Source: Octopus bimaculoides
Taxonomy: Eukaryota
Assembly (NCBI RefSeq): GCF_001194135.2
Contig: NC_068983.1
Location: 71,984,140 to 72,048,139, forward strand
Direction: 5' to 3'
Length of the DNA stretch: 64,000 nt
Under the pieces are notes generated by a model that saw nothing but the letters and a program-made list of their open reading frames with translations, was not told the origin of the DNA and searched no databases. Both the position numbers and the translations under genes were made by a program. Below, in pieces: positions 11,166-24,005 of the stretch; positions within the stretch are counted from its first letter, which is position 1, and every line of letters begins with the position of its first letter.

Positions 11166-14100
11166 CAACTAAATGTACTCTTGTCTTTTGGGTGACAATA
11201 TGTCTTAAGAATCCTAGAACAGTTTTTGGAAGTTTTTGGAAGGCATTTAAATATTTGAATAATATGAAGTAATATCCATTAAAGAATAACTACACTAGCT
11301 ATCACTCAAAGATGTAAATGTATATTTGCATGAATATACATTATAACATAGACAGAAAGACAGACAGATAGATATAGCGAGAAAGAGAGAGAGAAAGAGT
11401 ATCTATAATTCAATATATTTAGACAAGGACAGTGTTAAAACAAAAACAAAAGAGATGGCATATTAAATAAGAAATTAACAAATTCTTGGAGATTCCTACT
11501 CCACTCCGACCAATGAACATTAAAATAAGTTCAGGAAAAAAAAAAAAATCCTTCAATTCACCAAGTTAAAATTATTGAAAGAAATATTAACTCTAAAAGT
11601 TATATTTTGCCAAATCTTAAATTTCTTCTTCCTTTTAGTAAATCTTATTTGAATAATTGAAATTGAAATTTCTCTTCTGATTTCTTTACCCAGTAGCTAT
11701 TATTTGTACTAAAATTGGAAGCATATTAAGAAAATTATTGGATTCATATTCTTTTTTATATTTCTTAATCTAAAAGCTCCAGGAATAAGAATGGATTTAC
11801 AAAGTTGTTGAACTAATAATAATGTTTTCTGATGTTGGCACAAAGCCACAAACACCTACAAGAGAGATGATAGTGGTGATGGATTCACCTGCCAACAATG
11901 AAGTTCGAACAGCCAGTAGCAAGAAAAGAAAAATAGAAGTATTGTTACTGAACAACCTGCACAAAGAATTTCTTTGAAGGTGAGTAAACTTGTGCAGAAC
12001 CTACCTCACTGTCTCCTTGAAACTGTACAGTCTCAAGTGGTGCAAACTGTTCTATGTGCCAGACACAAAAAGACACATACAAAGAAAAGTAAAGATGCAA
12101 AGCCCAAACGTATTGTTGCTAATATTTCTTACTGTTGCAGTTCACAACATATACGAAGTGCTCCTTGATAGGTTTATCTAGTAACATCACACATAAGCCT
12201 AAGCTGATGGCAGACACCAAACTACACAAAATAATTTATGTAACTGTATTGTGATGCATTAAACCACCTGATGCCATAGTCAAGATGTTTAGGTGTCCAT
12301 CACCCACAAAATGGTCTTACGGTGTGCACATTCACCATCCTATTCACATACACCACTGGAGAGATAATTTAAACACAAGGTCAGCAATTTAGAGGAGAAG
12401 GAATGAATCAATACCACTGATTCTAGTACTTGAATGATACTTTATTTTATTAACCCTGAAAGGATGGAAGGCAAAGTTACTTAAGTTAGATTTGAACTCA
12501 GAACAAAAAGAACCATATCAAAGACTGTAAAGGATTTTTAACCGATGCTCTATTGATTCTGCCAATCCACTGCCCTACACAGCAAAGACATAACAACCAC
12601 CACCACCATCATTATTATAATATTGAAATTAGTGAAGTGATAGACAAAGTAGGGTATCAGAGTGAAATTCTCATCAGTATACAAACCAATAAGAAACCTT
12701 TATGTAATTTCTTAAGCAGCTAGAAATGGTAGTTACATCTCTTCCACATACCATAAGAAAGGACACATTAGATAATGTATTCTTTTTTTTGCAACCTTGA
12801 TGATTTGTCACCTTTTCCCAGTTCCATCTCCTCCTCAAGATGATGATGTGGAACTGCTGCTTTGAGCCTCCAACCAGCTCTGTCTTGGGGGAAGAGACAT
12901 CTTGGCCTTTTGGTTGTATATCTTGTCAGCTCCAAGTATGGCTTCACTGTCTTTCTGATTCCACTATTGTTATCCTCAGAGCTTTGACTTGTGTGGTGGC
13001 AGCATCACCAATATCAATGGTTTTCAGTTGCTGTTTACTGCACCCACCTTTTGTTTTAGTTTTTCTTTTTCTGGGGATCAGATCCTGGTGTGATTCATGC
13101 TCCAGCACATGTAGAAAGTGTGCTTTCCACCACACTGGATCAACTTCCTCTCTGTTCCATCTACAAAGATATAATTCTGACAAAACCTTTGGTATTGTGA
13201 GCCTACAATGAAGTAATCAGGGCAAAAATATATATGCAGATTCTAACCCAATCACATGTATTCCTGACTGGCCCCTGCTGTACTGAAAAGGTGGTTACAA
13301 ATCAAGAGTCGGCATTGGCACTTATAGAATTGACCTAACACTTGCATTTTTCCTGCTCATGTAATGTGGCATTTCTTGCAGACAGACAAAGAGCAAATGA
13401 CACCTGCTTGCATTCTTGCTTCATCTTCAATCTTGAGTCATAGATACAAACTTCTATATGTGAGTATACAACCTGCCATGCATCAGCCATAAAAAAAAAA
13501 AATCATGTTACTTTCTTCCTTGCCCTTTCTCAGATGAACTCTTTAACAAAATGGGAACACTGTTTTGTAAAATACCTCTTCTATGCTTTTTCTTTTTCTT
13601 GGAACTAACTCTTTTTAGGTTTACAAAGCTAGCAAAAGACAAACTGCTGTTGTGGTTTCTTCCTTTGTTATTGTCATTTAAGTTTGCATTTTCTTTTGTA
13701 CTTCTTACATTGTAACTGTGTTGATAGCTTTGTTCATTTGTTGGTAACTTTTTCCTGTTTACCTTTTATTTTCTTTAATCTGACTTTGCATTTACAAAAA
13801 ATTTGGGAGGAACAAAAGACACTGATACCATCGTTGTGGTTAGCACTCACTCTGCTACCATAGAAACAGCCATATTGGACAATGAATGAATGAATGAGAA
13901 ATACATGTGCACCAACCCAAGTAATGGAATTGACATTTAAAACTTCTGAAGCCATTCGTTGGTAAAAGAACCAACAAAACCTTTTATCATTAAGTAATCC
14001 GGGAAGAAATCACCTGAATGGAGCTCTGTGAAATGCAACAGTTCAGAGTAAACAACAACAACAATAATTTTTCTCTAGTTTAATGATTCTTGACATATAC

Positions 14101-14890
14101 ATGAGGTCCTCCTTGGAAGGATGAATAGAAAATAAACACTCGTGGGATTTGAACACAGAATAGAAAGAGATGATGTAACTGAATACTACAAGGTATTTGA
14201 TCTGTTCATCTACTACCAATTCTGACATCCTTTTATATAATTCTTTTAATAATAGTAATAACTGAACACATACGAGTCAATGCACCAATTCAGACACATG
14301 TATACATAATCATACATCTGGCTGTGTTGTAAAGAAGTTTGTTTCCTGGCTTTATGTGTTCGGTTTTGGTCTCATTGAATGATACCTTAGGTAGGTATCT
14401 TCTGCTATAGACGATGATCAACCAAAGCCCTGTGAGTAGATTTAGCAAATGAGACCTGAACGATGCCTACCATATGAACATGTGTATGTGCATGTGTTCA
14501 TAACTCCTTGTTTTGACATCATGTGGCAGCTTTAGATGAGTGTTGTCATCATACAAATGATGCCGTTCATTTCTAACATTCCACAAAAGGGTTGGTGACA
14601 GGAAGGGTATCCAACAATAGAAAAACATACATAAACTTAATTCCTCATCACTGTCAATTAGATACCACAATTTTGGCAAATACACACACACACACACACA
14701 CACACTGTATTCCATTTTGCAACCATTTGGTAGAATAATATGGTTGCAAAACAAAAAAATATGGTGTCCCTACCAGCAATTAATGTATACATACCACTTG
14801 TCAGGGATGTCTTTAATATGTAAATTGGTCCATCAATAGTGTTACACTGCTAAACTTAGTGGGTATTTAAGCAATGTGTTCAAGGATAGT

Positions 14891-14955
14891 TAATGGGTTG
14901 GATGTGGTGCTGACGAAGGTGCAATAACTCCTGAAATATGTATATACACCCATTA
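14891..14955 (+). ncRNA. Type I hammerhead ribozyme with intact core
   Basis: GGTG-CTGACGA-AGG...CCT-GAA-ATA TGTA TAT-A|CACC. Helix I extends TAATG/CATTA beyond a bulge; cleavage triplet AUA. Confidence 0.62.
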
Positions 14956-15139
14956 CTTATTTTTCAATTTTCCATTGTATTATTTACATAGATGTCTTCA
15001 AATAAAAAAAAACATCATAACTTTCAGTGCTGGCTCTAAATTCTATAGAAAATCTGTAGAGACAAACTTAAAAGTGATTGTATCACACTGCTAATAGAAA
15101 AACAAAAATAGGACACAATATTGACTTATAAACCTTTGG

Positions 15140-16760
15140 TATACTTGGTAGAATCAGGTCATTAAGAATGAAATGTCCGATTTTCTTGTGAACCAAGTTT
15201 GACAGTCATTAACTCTAATGTTTTATCCTGACAAGGTTGAAAATTTTACACAGTTGCATGAAAGGACAGCTGCACACCTTGATGAATGCCTGCAGCAGGG
15301 ATACATCCTTACCAAGATGACATATGGATGAACGTTATATCCTAAGGACCCTTGAAAGGTAAATTGGTATCAAACTTTTAACTTATAACATGTTTACCAC
15401 CTATGTGGAAGCTTATGACCAGTGTCTGGGCAGAAAAAGTTATGTAATTATCTGGAAAGTAACAATTTACTTCCAGTAGAACAGAAAAGATGCAAGAAGC
15501 AAAGTGGGTCGAATAAAGACTTATTAGTTGATAAAATGATAAATTGTAGAAGCAGATCAATGGGATTCAATGTAGCATAGTTGGATTATAGAAAAGCATA
15601 TGACATGGTACTGCACAGATTAATAAGTAACACAATGAGCATGTTAGGAGTGGCAGAAAATATGGAGAAAACAGTTGGTGAAAGTAAGAAAACTCTGGAA
15701 TACTGAATTGATTGGAGATAAACAAGGACTTGGGAAAGTGAACATCAGACATGATATATATCAAGGTGATAGGTTGTCTCCATTACTATTTGCATTGGCC
15801 ATGATACTGCTCAGTTTGGTGTTATTAGAAGTCAAAACAGATTATGATTTGGAAAGAGGATATGGTCAGATAAATCATCTCCTTTTTATGGATGATATAA
15901 AGCTTTATGCATAAAATGAGAAGCAGTCTGAAAGTCTTGTACATACTGTTTGCATTTTCTCAAATGATGTATGCATGGAATTTGGGATTGAAAAGTGTGC
16001 TACATTGATAATGAAACGAGGAAGATTTGAAAGAAACTAAGAAACTGAAAAGTCAAATGGGCAAACATAAAAGCAGATGAGAAAGGACAGTGGTATAAGT
16101 ATTTGGGAATACTGGAGGCAGATGAAATAAAACACGAAGAGATGAAGCAAATTACAAGTAAGGAGTATACAAGGTGAGCGAGGGAAATATTAGAAAGTTG
16201 AATTCTAGAAATGGTACTGAAGCCATAAAAGGAAGAATAGTACTGGTAATCAGATATGGAGTTGGAATTGTAGATTTGGTAAAAGGCAACACAGAAACTT
16301 GACTGAAAAACTAGAAAGCTGTTGACAATGTATAGAGCCCACCATCTGAAAGCTTATATTAACTGGTTGTACTTGAATTGAAGAGAGACCTGGGTGGAAG
16401 AGGCTTGACTGCTGTGGAAGAGTGTGTACAGATGGAAAGAAAGCCTACTAGAATATTTACAGAACAGCACTGAGAAATTACCTAAGACAGTGAATATGGA
16501 ATGGGTAATTGAGTGTGGAACAGGAGAAAAGGACAAGAACAAAATTCAAAGAGAGCATGTTAAACAGATTGAAGAGAAAGCTTTGCATGGTTAGTTTTGG
16601 AAAGCTACTGAGGATATATGTGAAACAAAATCTGGGCTTGATTGAAAAAAGGGCAACTGAAAAAAGAAACAGAGAACCTTATTATAGCAAATCAAGATCA
16701 AGCATTAAAAACAAAGAACTTGAGAAAATATGTGTAACCCCGCCACCTTCATAAATTCTA
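15140..16760 (+). mobile_element. Degenerate R4/Dong-like (RLE-type) non-LTR retrotransposon, RT region
   Basis: IRHDIYQGDRLSPLLF, INHLLFMDDIKLYA, YKYLGILEAD. Many stops and frameshifts. Confidence 0.8.
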
Positions 16761-17379
16761 TCAGGAATAAGACCAATCCTGAATCAAGTTGAATAATAAT
16801 AATAATAATAAAATCCGACCCTTCCTAGCACGAGCAACGGACATTAAACGATGATGATGACTGCAAGATATTTTGTCCAACACTAGGCATGAAGCTGCAA
16901 ATTATGACTAAGGGTACAGTTGATTAAAATTATTTTGAAACAATGAAAATTATTAGAATAAAATGCAACAGAGACAAAATAGTTCTGTAAAAGAGAAAAT
17001 AAGACAGAAACAACATCATAACAGGCTATAATTTGATTTCCTACCTAAAGGTTAGTTTGTCTAGAAATATCTATATTTAGATAAGGAAGAGAAAAACAAA
17101 AAACAGTTTGGTATGACTCCTTAGCTTTTTATTTCATTTTGCCACAAAACATTTAACAAAATATGAAATATTAAAAAAAATGAAACATTTAAAAAAAGCT
17201 AACAAAATAATTTGCTTTGGACCCCACAAAGGAAATAAACTATTTAAGATATTTTTCTGTTTATTTATGTTTTTTCATTTTAGAAACTGAAAGAAAAATA
17301 CAAAAAGTCCAAATGTTGATATATTTCAAGTCTTCAATAAGTTTTTATAAAACCCACTGTCTAAATGTGTCACTTAGAA

Positions 17380-17690
17380 TGACTTGAAATTCAAACAGAT
17401 AGTTTCTGGAGATGACAAGAGAAATTACCAATCTATCACCCTTTCAAACGTTTCTTTCAATGTATTGAGCATTTCTCTCCCCACAGTAATTAATTATACA
17501 ATTTCTATAGGGCTGTCTCTATTGGGAGATTTGATCTCTTACATCATAGAATAATAATCGCTCACTCTGGAGAGCAATGTTTTAGTCCTCATTATCTGTA
17601 AAGCCTTTGACCACAGAAACTTTAACTTGAGAACCTTCTAACTAAGCTGCCCTCCTACAAGCTACATCCATCTATCATTTTTAAATGGGA
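17380..17690 (+). mobile_element. CR1/Jockey-like LINE RT remnant
   Basis: Broken frames give NYQSITLSNVS, ICKAFD and LLTKLPSYKLHP. Confidence 0.55.
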
Positions 17691-18889
17691 CTTCCTACCA
17701 CACCAGTCATGGAAGGCAGATGTTAAATGATGATGATGATGATGATACACACACACAGGTGAGCACACAAGTGCAAAACAAGGTGGAAAAAATAGTACTC
17801 GACTACCAAAGGTAGAGTAATATACTTTTATTAAAGCTATAACATTATCACAAAACTGTTTTGTGATAATTTTGCAGGCTTAATAAAAGTGCGAAATTCA
17901 TTTTTATATATAGAAAGTAAGCTGCACTATATGACATAACATATTGATGAATTAAAAAATCTCAACAAATTAGTTACAAAGTGATTAATTACATAGTTAA
18001 CAAATTAGAAATATCGAAGCATAGCCATTTTCATTCAATGAATATCTTTAAATTGTTTTAATGCTCACTGAAAAGTAAATATTTTATATCAAATTTATAT
18101 GATATTCTCTGTATCTTTTGTAGCAACAAGTATAAAGCAGCACCTGGTACAGTGATATGGGTATCTATATTCTACATAAGAAAAGTATAGTAATAACAAT
18201 ATTGTCATATGGAGACTGATTGAGAATACATGATAAATCTTCATCAGAATTCAAAATTTCAGCTGCACATCAGGAGATATGTAGGTAAGCAGAGTATTAA
18301 CATGAATTAGGAAAAACAACGCTGAGTTTCTTTATGATAGATATTTAATAACGTTAGTAGATATGGATGAAAACAACATATAATAAAACAATTAAAAACA
18401 ATAAACTGAAACCATACCCAACTCAAACCAATACAATTAATTCAGTAATTCTGATTATAATTCATAAAGCTCTTATCTGAAGAGATAATTCCAAATAAAT
18501 CTTTTTTTAAAGAGATATGTCGGAAAATACAAGTAATATATTTGTTTTTTTATCATCTCATAAAATGATGATGACGATGGTAATGAAATAGCTACAAAGA
18601 AAGACAACTGAGATTGCAGTCGCATAATGATTTAACACTGAAATACTGGATACATGGTGGAAAGAAATCTGGGCAATATAGATGGTTCAGATGAAGAAAG
18701 CATTTGGCTGGACGTTCAGCTGCATATAGCTTCATACTTTCTTGATTTCAAGATCAAATTCTGCAAAGATTGTTAATTGTGCATTTCATACTTCTAGGAG
18801 TGAGTCTATAAAATAAGTATCAGACATATACTGACATTGATGCAACCAACTACATCTACTGCCTTCAAATAAGAAGTGAGTACTGGAAT

Positions 18890-19380
18890 CATCATCATCA
18901 TCATCATCGTTTAACGTCCGCCTTCCATGCTAGCATGGGTTGGACGATTTGACTGAGGACTGGCGAAACCAGACGACCACACCAGGCTCCAATCCGATTT
19001 GGCAGTGCCTCTACAGCTGGATGCCCTTCCTAAAGCCAACCACTCAGAGAGTGCAGTGGGTGCCCTTACGTGTCACCCGCACGAAGGCCAGTCAGGTGGT
19101 ACTGGCAAAGGCCACGCTCATCTCGCTCGAGAAACCTCATGTGTCACCCGCACAAGAGCCAGCCCAGGGGCACCAGCAACGATCCCGCTCGAAAAATCCC
19201 AGAACCCCACACAAGAGCCAGTTCAGGGGCACCAGCATCGATCTCGCTCGAAGAAATTTCATGTGTCACCAGCACAAGAGCCAGTTCAGGGGCACCGGCA
19301 TCGATCTCGCTCGAAGAAATTTCATGTGTACCAGCACAAGAGCCAGTCCAGGGGCACTGGCAACGATCTTGCTCGAAAAA
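18890..19380 (-). mobile_element. RTE 3' UTR fragment with internal ~59-63-bp tandem subrepeats and (ATG)n tail
   Basis: Same sequence as the 3' UTR of the RTE at 37675-39540. CACAAGAGCCAG units at 19151, 19210, 19273 and 19335. Confidence 0.8.
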
Positions 19381-22300
19381 AAAAAAAAATAGAATAACTT
19401 GGTGAAAAAAAATCAGTCTTAGAATAATTTCACAATGTGTATATGACAACTATCAGAACTCCAGTTACATTTCATTCTTTACTCAATGAAAATTATCACT
19501 TCAACAGGCATCTGGGTCTCAAATTAGCCTTGGTGTTTATAAGAGTTTATACTTTGAGATTTCTTAACTAAATTATTCAACCTAAAACTTAACAAATATA
19601 AAGAATCAAACAGTCAGAAGAAGGGTAGACCATTGAACTAAAAGTTTGCAATGTTCAATTTTTATAGCCTGAGTCCAAGTTTCACCATGATTGACTTTGC
19701 TGTTTCATCCATCTAGTTAAGAGGCACCATTAAAAACCTTCCCCCAGTAGAAAAAAGAAAAAGTGTGTAACATTGTGGGAATGGCAGAAAAATGTAAAGA
19801 ATCAGAAAACTTTTAACTTGTTTGCCTTTAATAGGGTTTGAAGCATTTAGATGAATTTGAAAATTATGAAGAAAAATTATAAATTATTAGTGTTTCATGA
19901 GGCAATGACAAATAATATGATATTGAATTGAGAGTTAAAAAAAAGATTTACCACTAAAAATTTTGGTTTGCATATTTTAGAATCATTAATTGGGTAGAGG
20001 AATTGGAGAATACATTTTATTCTAATAATGGCTCAAAGCTTTAGCAAAATTTAGATAATATAATTTTTTTAAGGTTTATTTTCTATTTAGATGATGTCCT
20101 TATCTTGATTTCAATGTCGGTACATTTCACTTAGTATTCTCTCTGTAAATGTCTTCAGGTGATATTTATGAGCAAGGTTTGGGATCAAACTTGATATGAT
20201 AGATTCTATAGGTAACAGTTGCACATGTGCAGTAAGTACTAAGAGCACCTGTCTAGTAGCTTCTCTTAAATACTCAGCTAGCCCTCTTGAAATAGTTGAT
20301 AGCCTCTGTTACATATGTGACCTAACTAACTGTGGTGGTTGGTTTACTGAAAGTACAGCACATCAAGATGAAAAGAGTTCAAAGAACTATTACTTCTGCT
20401 GGCACCAAAAGGTTTCTTTCTCAGTGTGAAGGATAGATTGTTTGATGCTTGTGTACAAAAGGCAATGCTGCATGGCAATGAAACACAAGCCTTGAATGCA
20501 AAGGATTTGCAAAATCTGAAGTGGTGGTGGGAGAGAATGAAGCAAACATGAAGCTCTGCTGGATGTATAATGTTAGCATGCATGGAAAAAGAGAAGAACT
20601 AGATAAAAGAAAAGTCAAATGTAGAGAGTACAAGAGAAGACTGTCCTGGCAAGGAAATGTGATGTATATGGATGAATACAGTTGTGTAAAAATGTGAATG
20701 GAACCTGTGGAAGAGACCTAGGAAGAGATGGGATGGTGTGGTGATCTAAAGTTGTTGAGCCTGAAATAAACAACAAAGGACTGTGGCATTTAGCGCTGGA
20801 GAAGACCTGCCTTCCTGTGCAAACATGGTAAAGAGAATGCTAAAATGGAAATAATGATGGAGTCTGGGATGCTCTCACTCCATTCACCCTCATATTCACT
20901 GAACCATACTCTATAGATAATATGGTATATAATTGGGTCTCTTCATATTCAACTGACCCTCCACCACCAGCCTTACCGTTTCACATCTCTCTTTTTCTTT
21001 CTCTCTCTCCCATCCGAATCCCTTCTTTTGAATCCCTCACCATCACACATCTGTTAGCTCTCACTCCTTCCAACCAGCTTACTTATGAGTGACACACATC
21101 ATTCTTCTCTTACTACATCTCTACAACTATCCAACAATCAGTCACCCTCTGACAACAAAACAGGTAGTTGTTATCACTGCTGCTCTCCCACTAATCTCTG
21201 GCATTACTATTTCCCTACTCCTACTTCTCTCCAGCACTGTCCTATCTGTTATTCTCTCTTCTACTACCCTGTCATGCCAATAACTCTTCCCTCATACTTT
21301 TGTTTCTTTCATCATCTCACTCTAAGCTCCACTTCTTTTATCACCCTTTGTTCTGGTCTATTTCTAAGAGTAGTGGGGTATTTTTAGTTTTGTGAGATAC
21401 AGGGCAACCTTACTACTGCTGGTGTCATAACAAAATGCACTCAGTGCACTCTGTAAAGTAGTTGGTAAATTGAGCAGAGATAATATTGGGTTGATATTTT
21501 TCTTATTTAGCACAATGTTTGTAGGAGAGGAGTGTAGACTACTGATGATATCTTTATTAACCATACAAAAATTACTGATGATGCTGAATTTAAAGCAAAA
21601 GAGTATCTTGAAGCCCCCAGTATAGTGTAGTTATAAAATTGTTTGACTTTCTGAAGCTGTGGTAAAACTGATGAAAGAGTTTTTTTTTTTTCCAATGAAG
21701 TTTTACAATTTTCACATGGTTATAACAGGTTCAGCTATAAATTAATAAATTATGCAATAATAAGCTATTATCCTTTTACATGATAAGTCAAATGACAAAG
21801 CAACTAGTTATAAAATTCATCATACTTCTCAAGTTAAAAGAGAACTTTAAGATGGTTGCTCAACTAACAGCCTAATCATCCTCAAATTTCACTCTATTGT
21901 TTTAAAACTGCTTGAATATACTGGACGGCTTTGTACTGGATATAACAAATGTCAGAAGAAGAAACAGGATTGACATGGTTAAAATGCAAGGCAGTCAATA
22001 ATAGTTCATCACAAAAAGTAATGGCAGCTGAATTTGAAGAAACCATGCAGTTTTAAAAATCACCCTGGTAAAAACCTGAAAGTGATGGTTCTGTATAAAA
22101 CAAGAAACAAATAGACATTGAAAGGAAAGCTAACACATTGCATATCAGAATGTACAGTATGGTCCTTAACTAACCAAAGGTTTAAGATGACATCCATAGC
22201 TATGCAGGTTGTACCTAGTCAGTCAACTGACCACATATATACTCTCTTTTATTCTTTTACTCGTTTACTTGTTTCAGTCATTTGACTGTGGCCATGCTGG

Positions 22301-22739
22301 AGCACTGCCTTTAGTCAAGCAAATCAACCCCCAAGATTTATTCTTTGGAAGCTTAGTACTTATTCTATCGGTCTCTTTTGCCAAACTGCTAAGTTACGGG
22401 AATGTAAACACACCAGCATCGGTTGTCAAGCAATGTTGGGGGGACAAACACAGACACACAAACATATACACACACACACACACGCACACACACACACACA
22501 CATATATATATGTTGCCATCCNNNNNNNNNNNNNNNNNNNNNNNNNNNNNNNNNNNNNNNNNNNNNNNNNNNNNNNNNNNNNNNNNNNNNNNNNNNNNNN
22601 NNNNNNNNNNNNNNNNNNNNNNNNNNNNNNNNNNNNNNNNNNNNNNNNNNNNNNNNNNNNNNNNNNNNNNNNNNNNNNNNNNNNNNNNNNNNNNNNNNNN
22701 NNNNNNNNNNNNNNNNNNNNNNNNNNNNNNNNNCCTTAT

Positions 22740-22776
22740 TCTTTCTGTTGAAGAGCGTAGCTCGAAACGTTAAAGA
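22740..22776 (+). ncRNA. Minimal hammerhead-like motif (A6U variant) in a Penelope-like terminal repeat
   Basis: TCTTT-CTGTTGA-A-GAGC GTA GCTC-GAAAC GTT-AAAGA. Helix I is 5 bp, helix II is 4 bp, and helix III is the palindrome AACGTT. Confidence 0.5.
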
Positions 22777-23804
22777 CTTTCTCTATTCCTGAGCGTTAAA
22801 CTAATACGTCCTTTTGTTGTTTACACCACCTGTCCTCGTTTGTTGTTTTTTTCGTAAATTCTCCCATATGTATACATATATATTACGGGCTTCTTTCAGT
22901 TTCCGTCTACCAAATCCACTCACAAGGCTTTGGTCGGCCCAAGGCTATAGTAGAAGACACTTTCCCAAGGTGCCACGCAGTGGAACTGAACCCAGAACCA
23001 TGTGGTTGGTAAGTAAGCTACTTACCACACAGCCACTCCCACACCTAGTTTTTCTTTTTTGTTAATCAGGGATAAGTTGGGGCTTTACAACAACACTGAT
23101 TTTCAAAAGAAAGTTTGAAAACAAACAGAAAAGATATCTGAAAGATGTCTAGAAAATGTTATCAAAATACTTAAACAATTCATATAGAAGATTTCTATTG
23201 TATTATTCCCATGACAATACATTTTTCTTGGAAGTTTCCTATATATCTTACAACAAGTTATTCAAAGTTAGCATATACAGTTGGGTTATTTAGGGTGGAT
23301 AAGATATAGTGAAGTTAGTGTTAACATATTTAATGCAATGAACATTAAAATCCTCATCAAAAATAGCTGGTAGTGAAAAAAAAAATATCTACATAAGTCA
23401 ATGATAATGTTAATTCTGTTATTTCAGCTAGAATGGAAGAAAAATCTGGACATGTACAAGTCTTAGACTCAACAGTAAAGCAGAGATTTCATTGTATGTA
23501 CTAAAATAGTGAAAGAAGAATTGCCGAGTAAATATATAAGATTGTACACTGGTTAGCATAGAGAAATAGAACTGTGTTGTGAATAAATAACTTAGAGATG
23601 ACATCTGCATAAACTGACTCCGTACAACTTGAACAATTCATTTGGAAGAGAATGATACTCAACAATCATATAAGTATTTTAAAGAAGCCTAAAGTTTATC
23701 TCAACTCTATAGATTTTGCAGTAAATAAAAAGGGGATGATGATGATGATGATGATGATGTCGATGATGACAACGATGATGGTAATAATAATAATCCTTTC
23801 TACT

Positions 23805-24005
23805 AAAGGCACAAGGCCTGCTATTTGGGAGGAGAGGAATAGTTGATAGCATCAACCCTAGTGTTTCCCTGGTACTTAATTTATTGACTCCCCGAAAGGA
23901 TGAAAGGCAAAGTTGACCTCAGTGGAATTTGAACTCAGAATGTAGTGGCAGATGAAATACTGCTAAGCATTTTGCTCGGCATGCTAATGTTTCTGCCAGC
24001 TTGTT
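23805..24005 (-). mobile_element. tRNA-derived SINE, family 2. Other copies at ~12375-12575, 27625-27830, 40930-41110, 41150-41335.
   Basis: Minus-strand head with B-box-like GAGTTCAAATTCC, followed by gactttgcctttcatcctttc; recurs several times. Confidence 0.75.

Noticed and set aside
12780-13450. Cys-rich minus-strand frames (possible transposase zinc finger or terminal exon)
   Set aside because: Multiple stops, no recognisable domain and no match to TULP4; cannot be assigned by eye.
18940-19449. Overlapping 100-150-aa ORFs with repeats; superficially CRISPR-like periodicity
   Set aside because: Produced by a tandem array in the RTE 3' UTR. There are no unique spacers or cas genes, and the context is eukaryotic.
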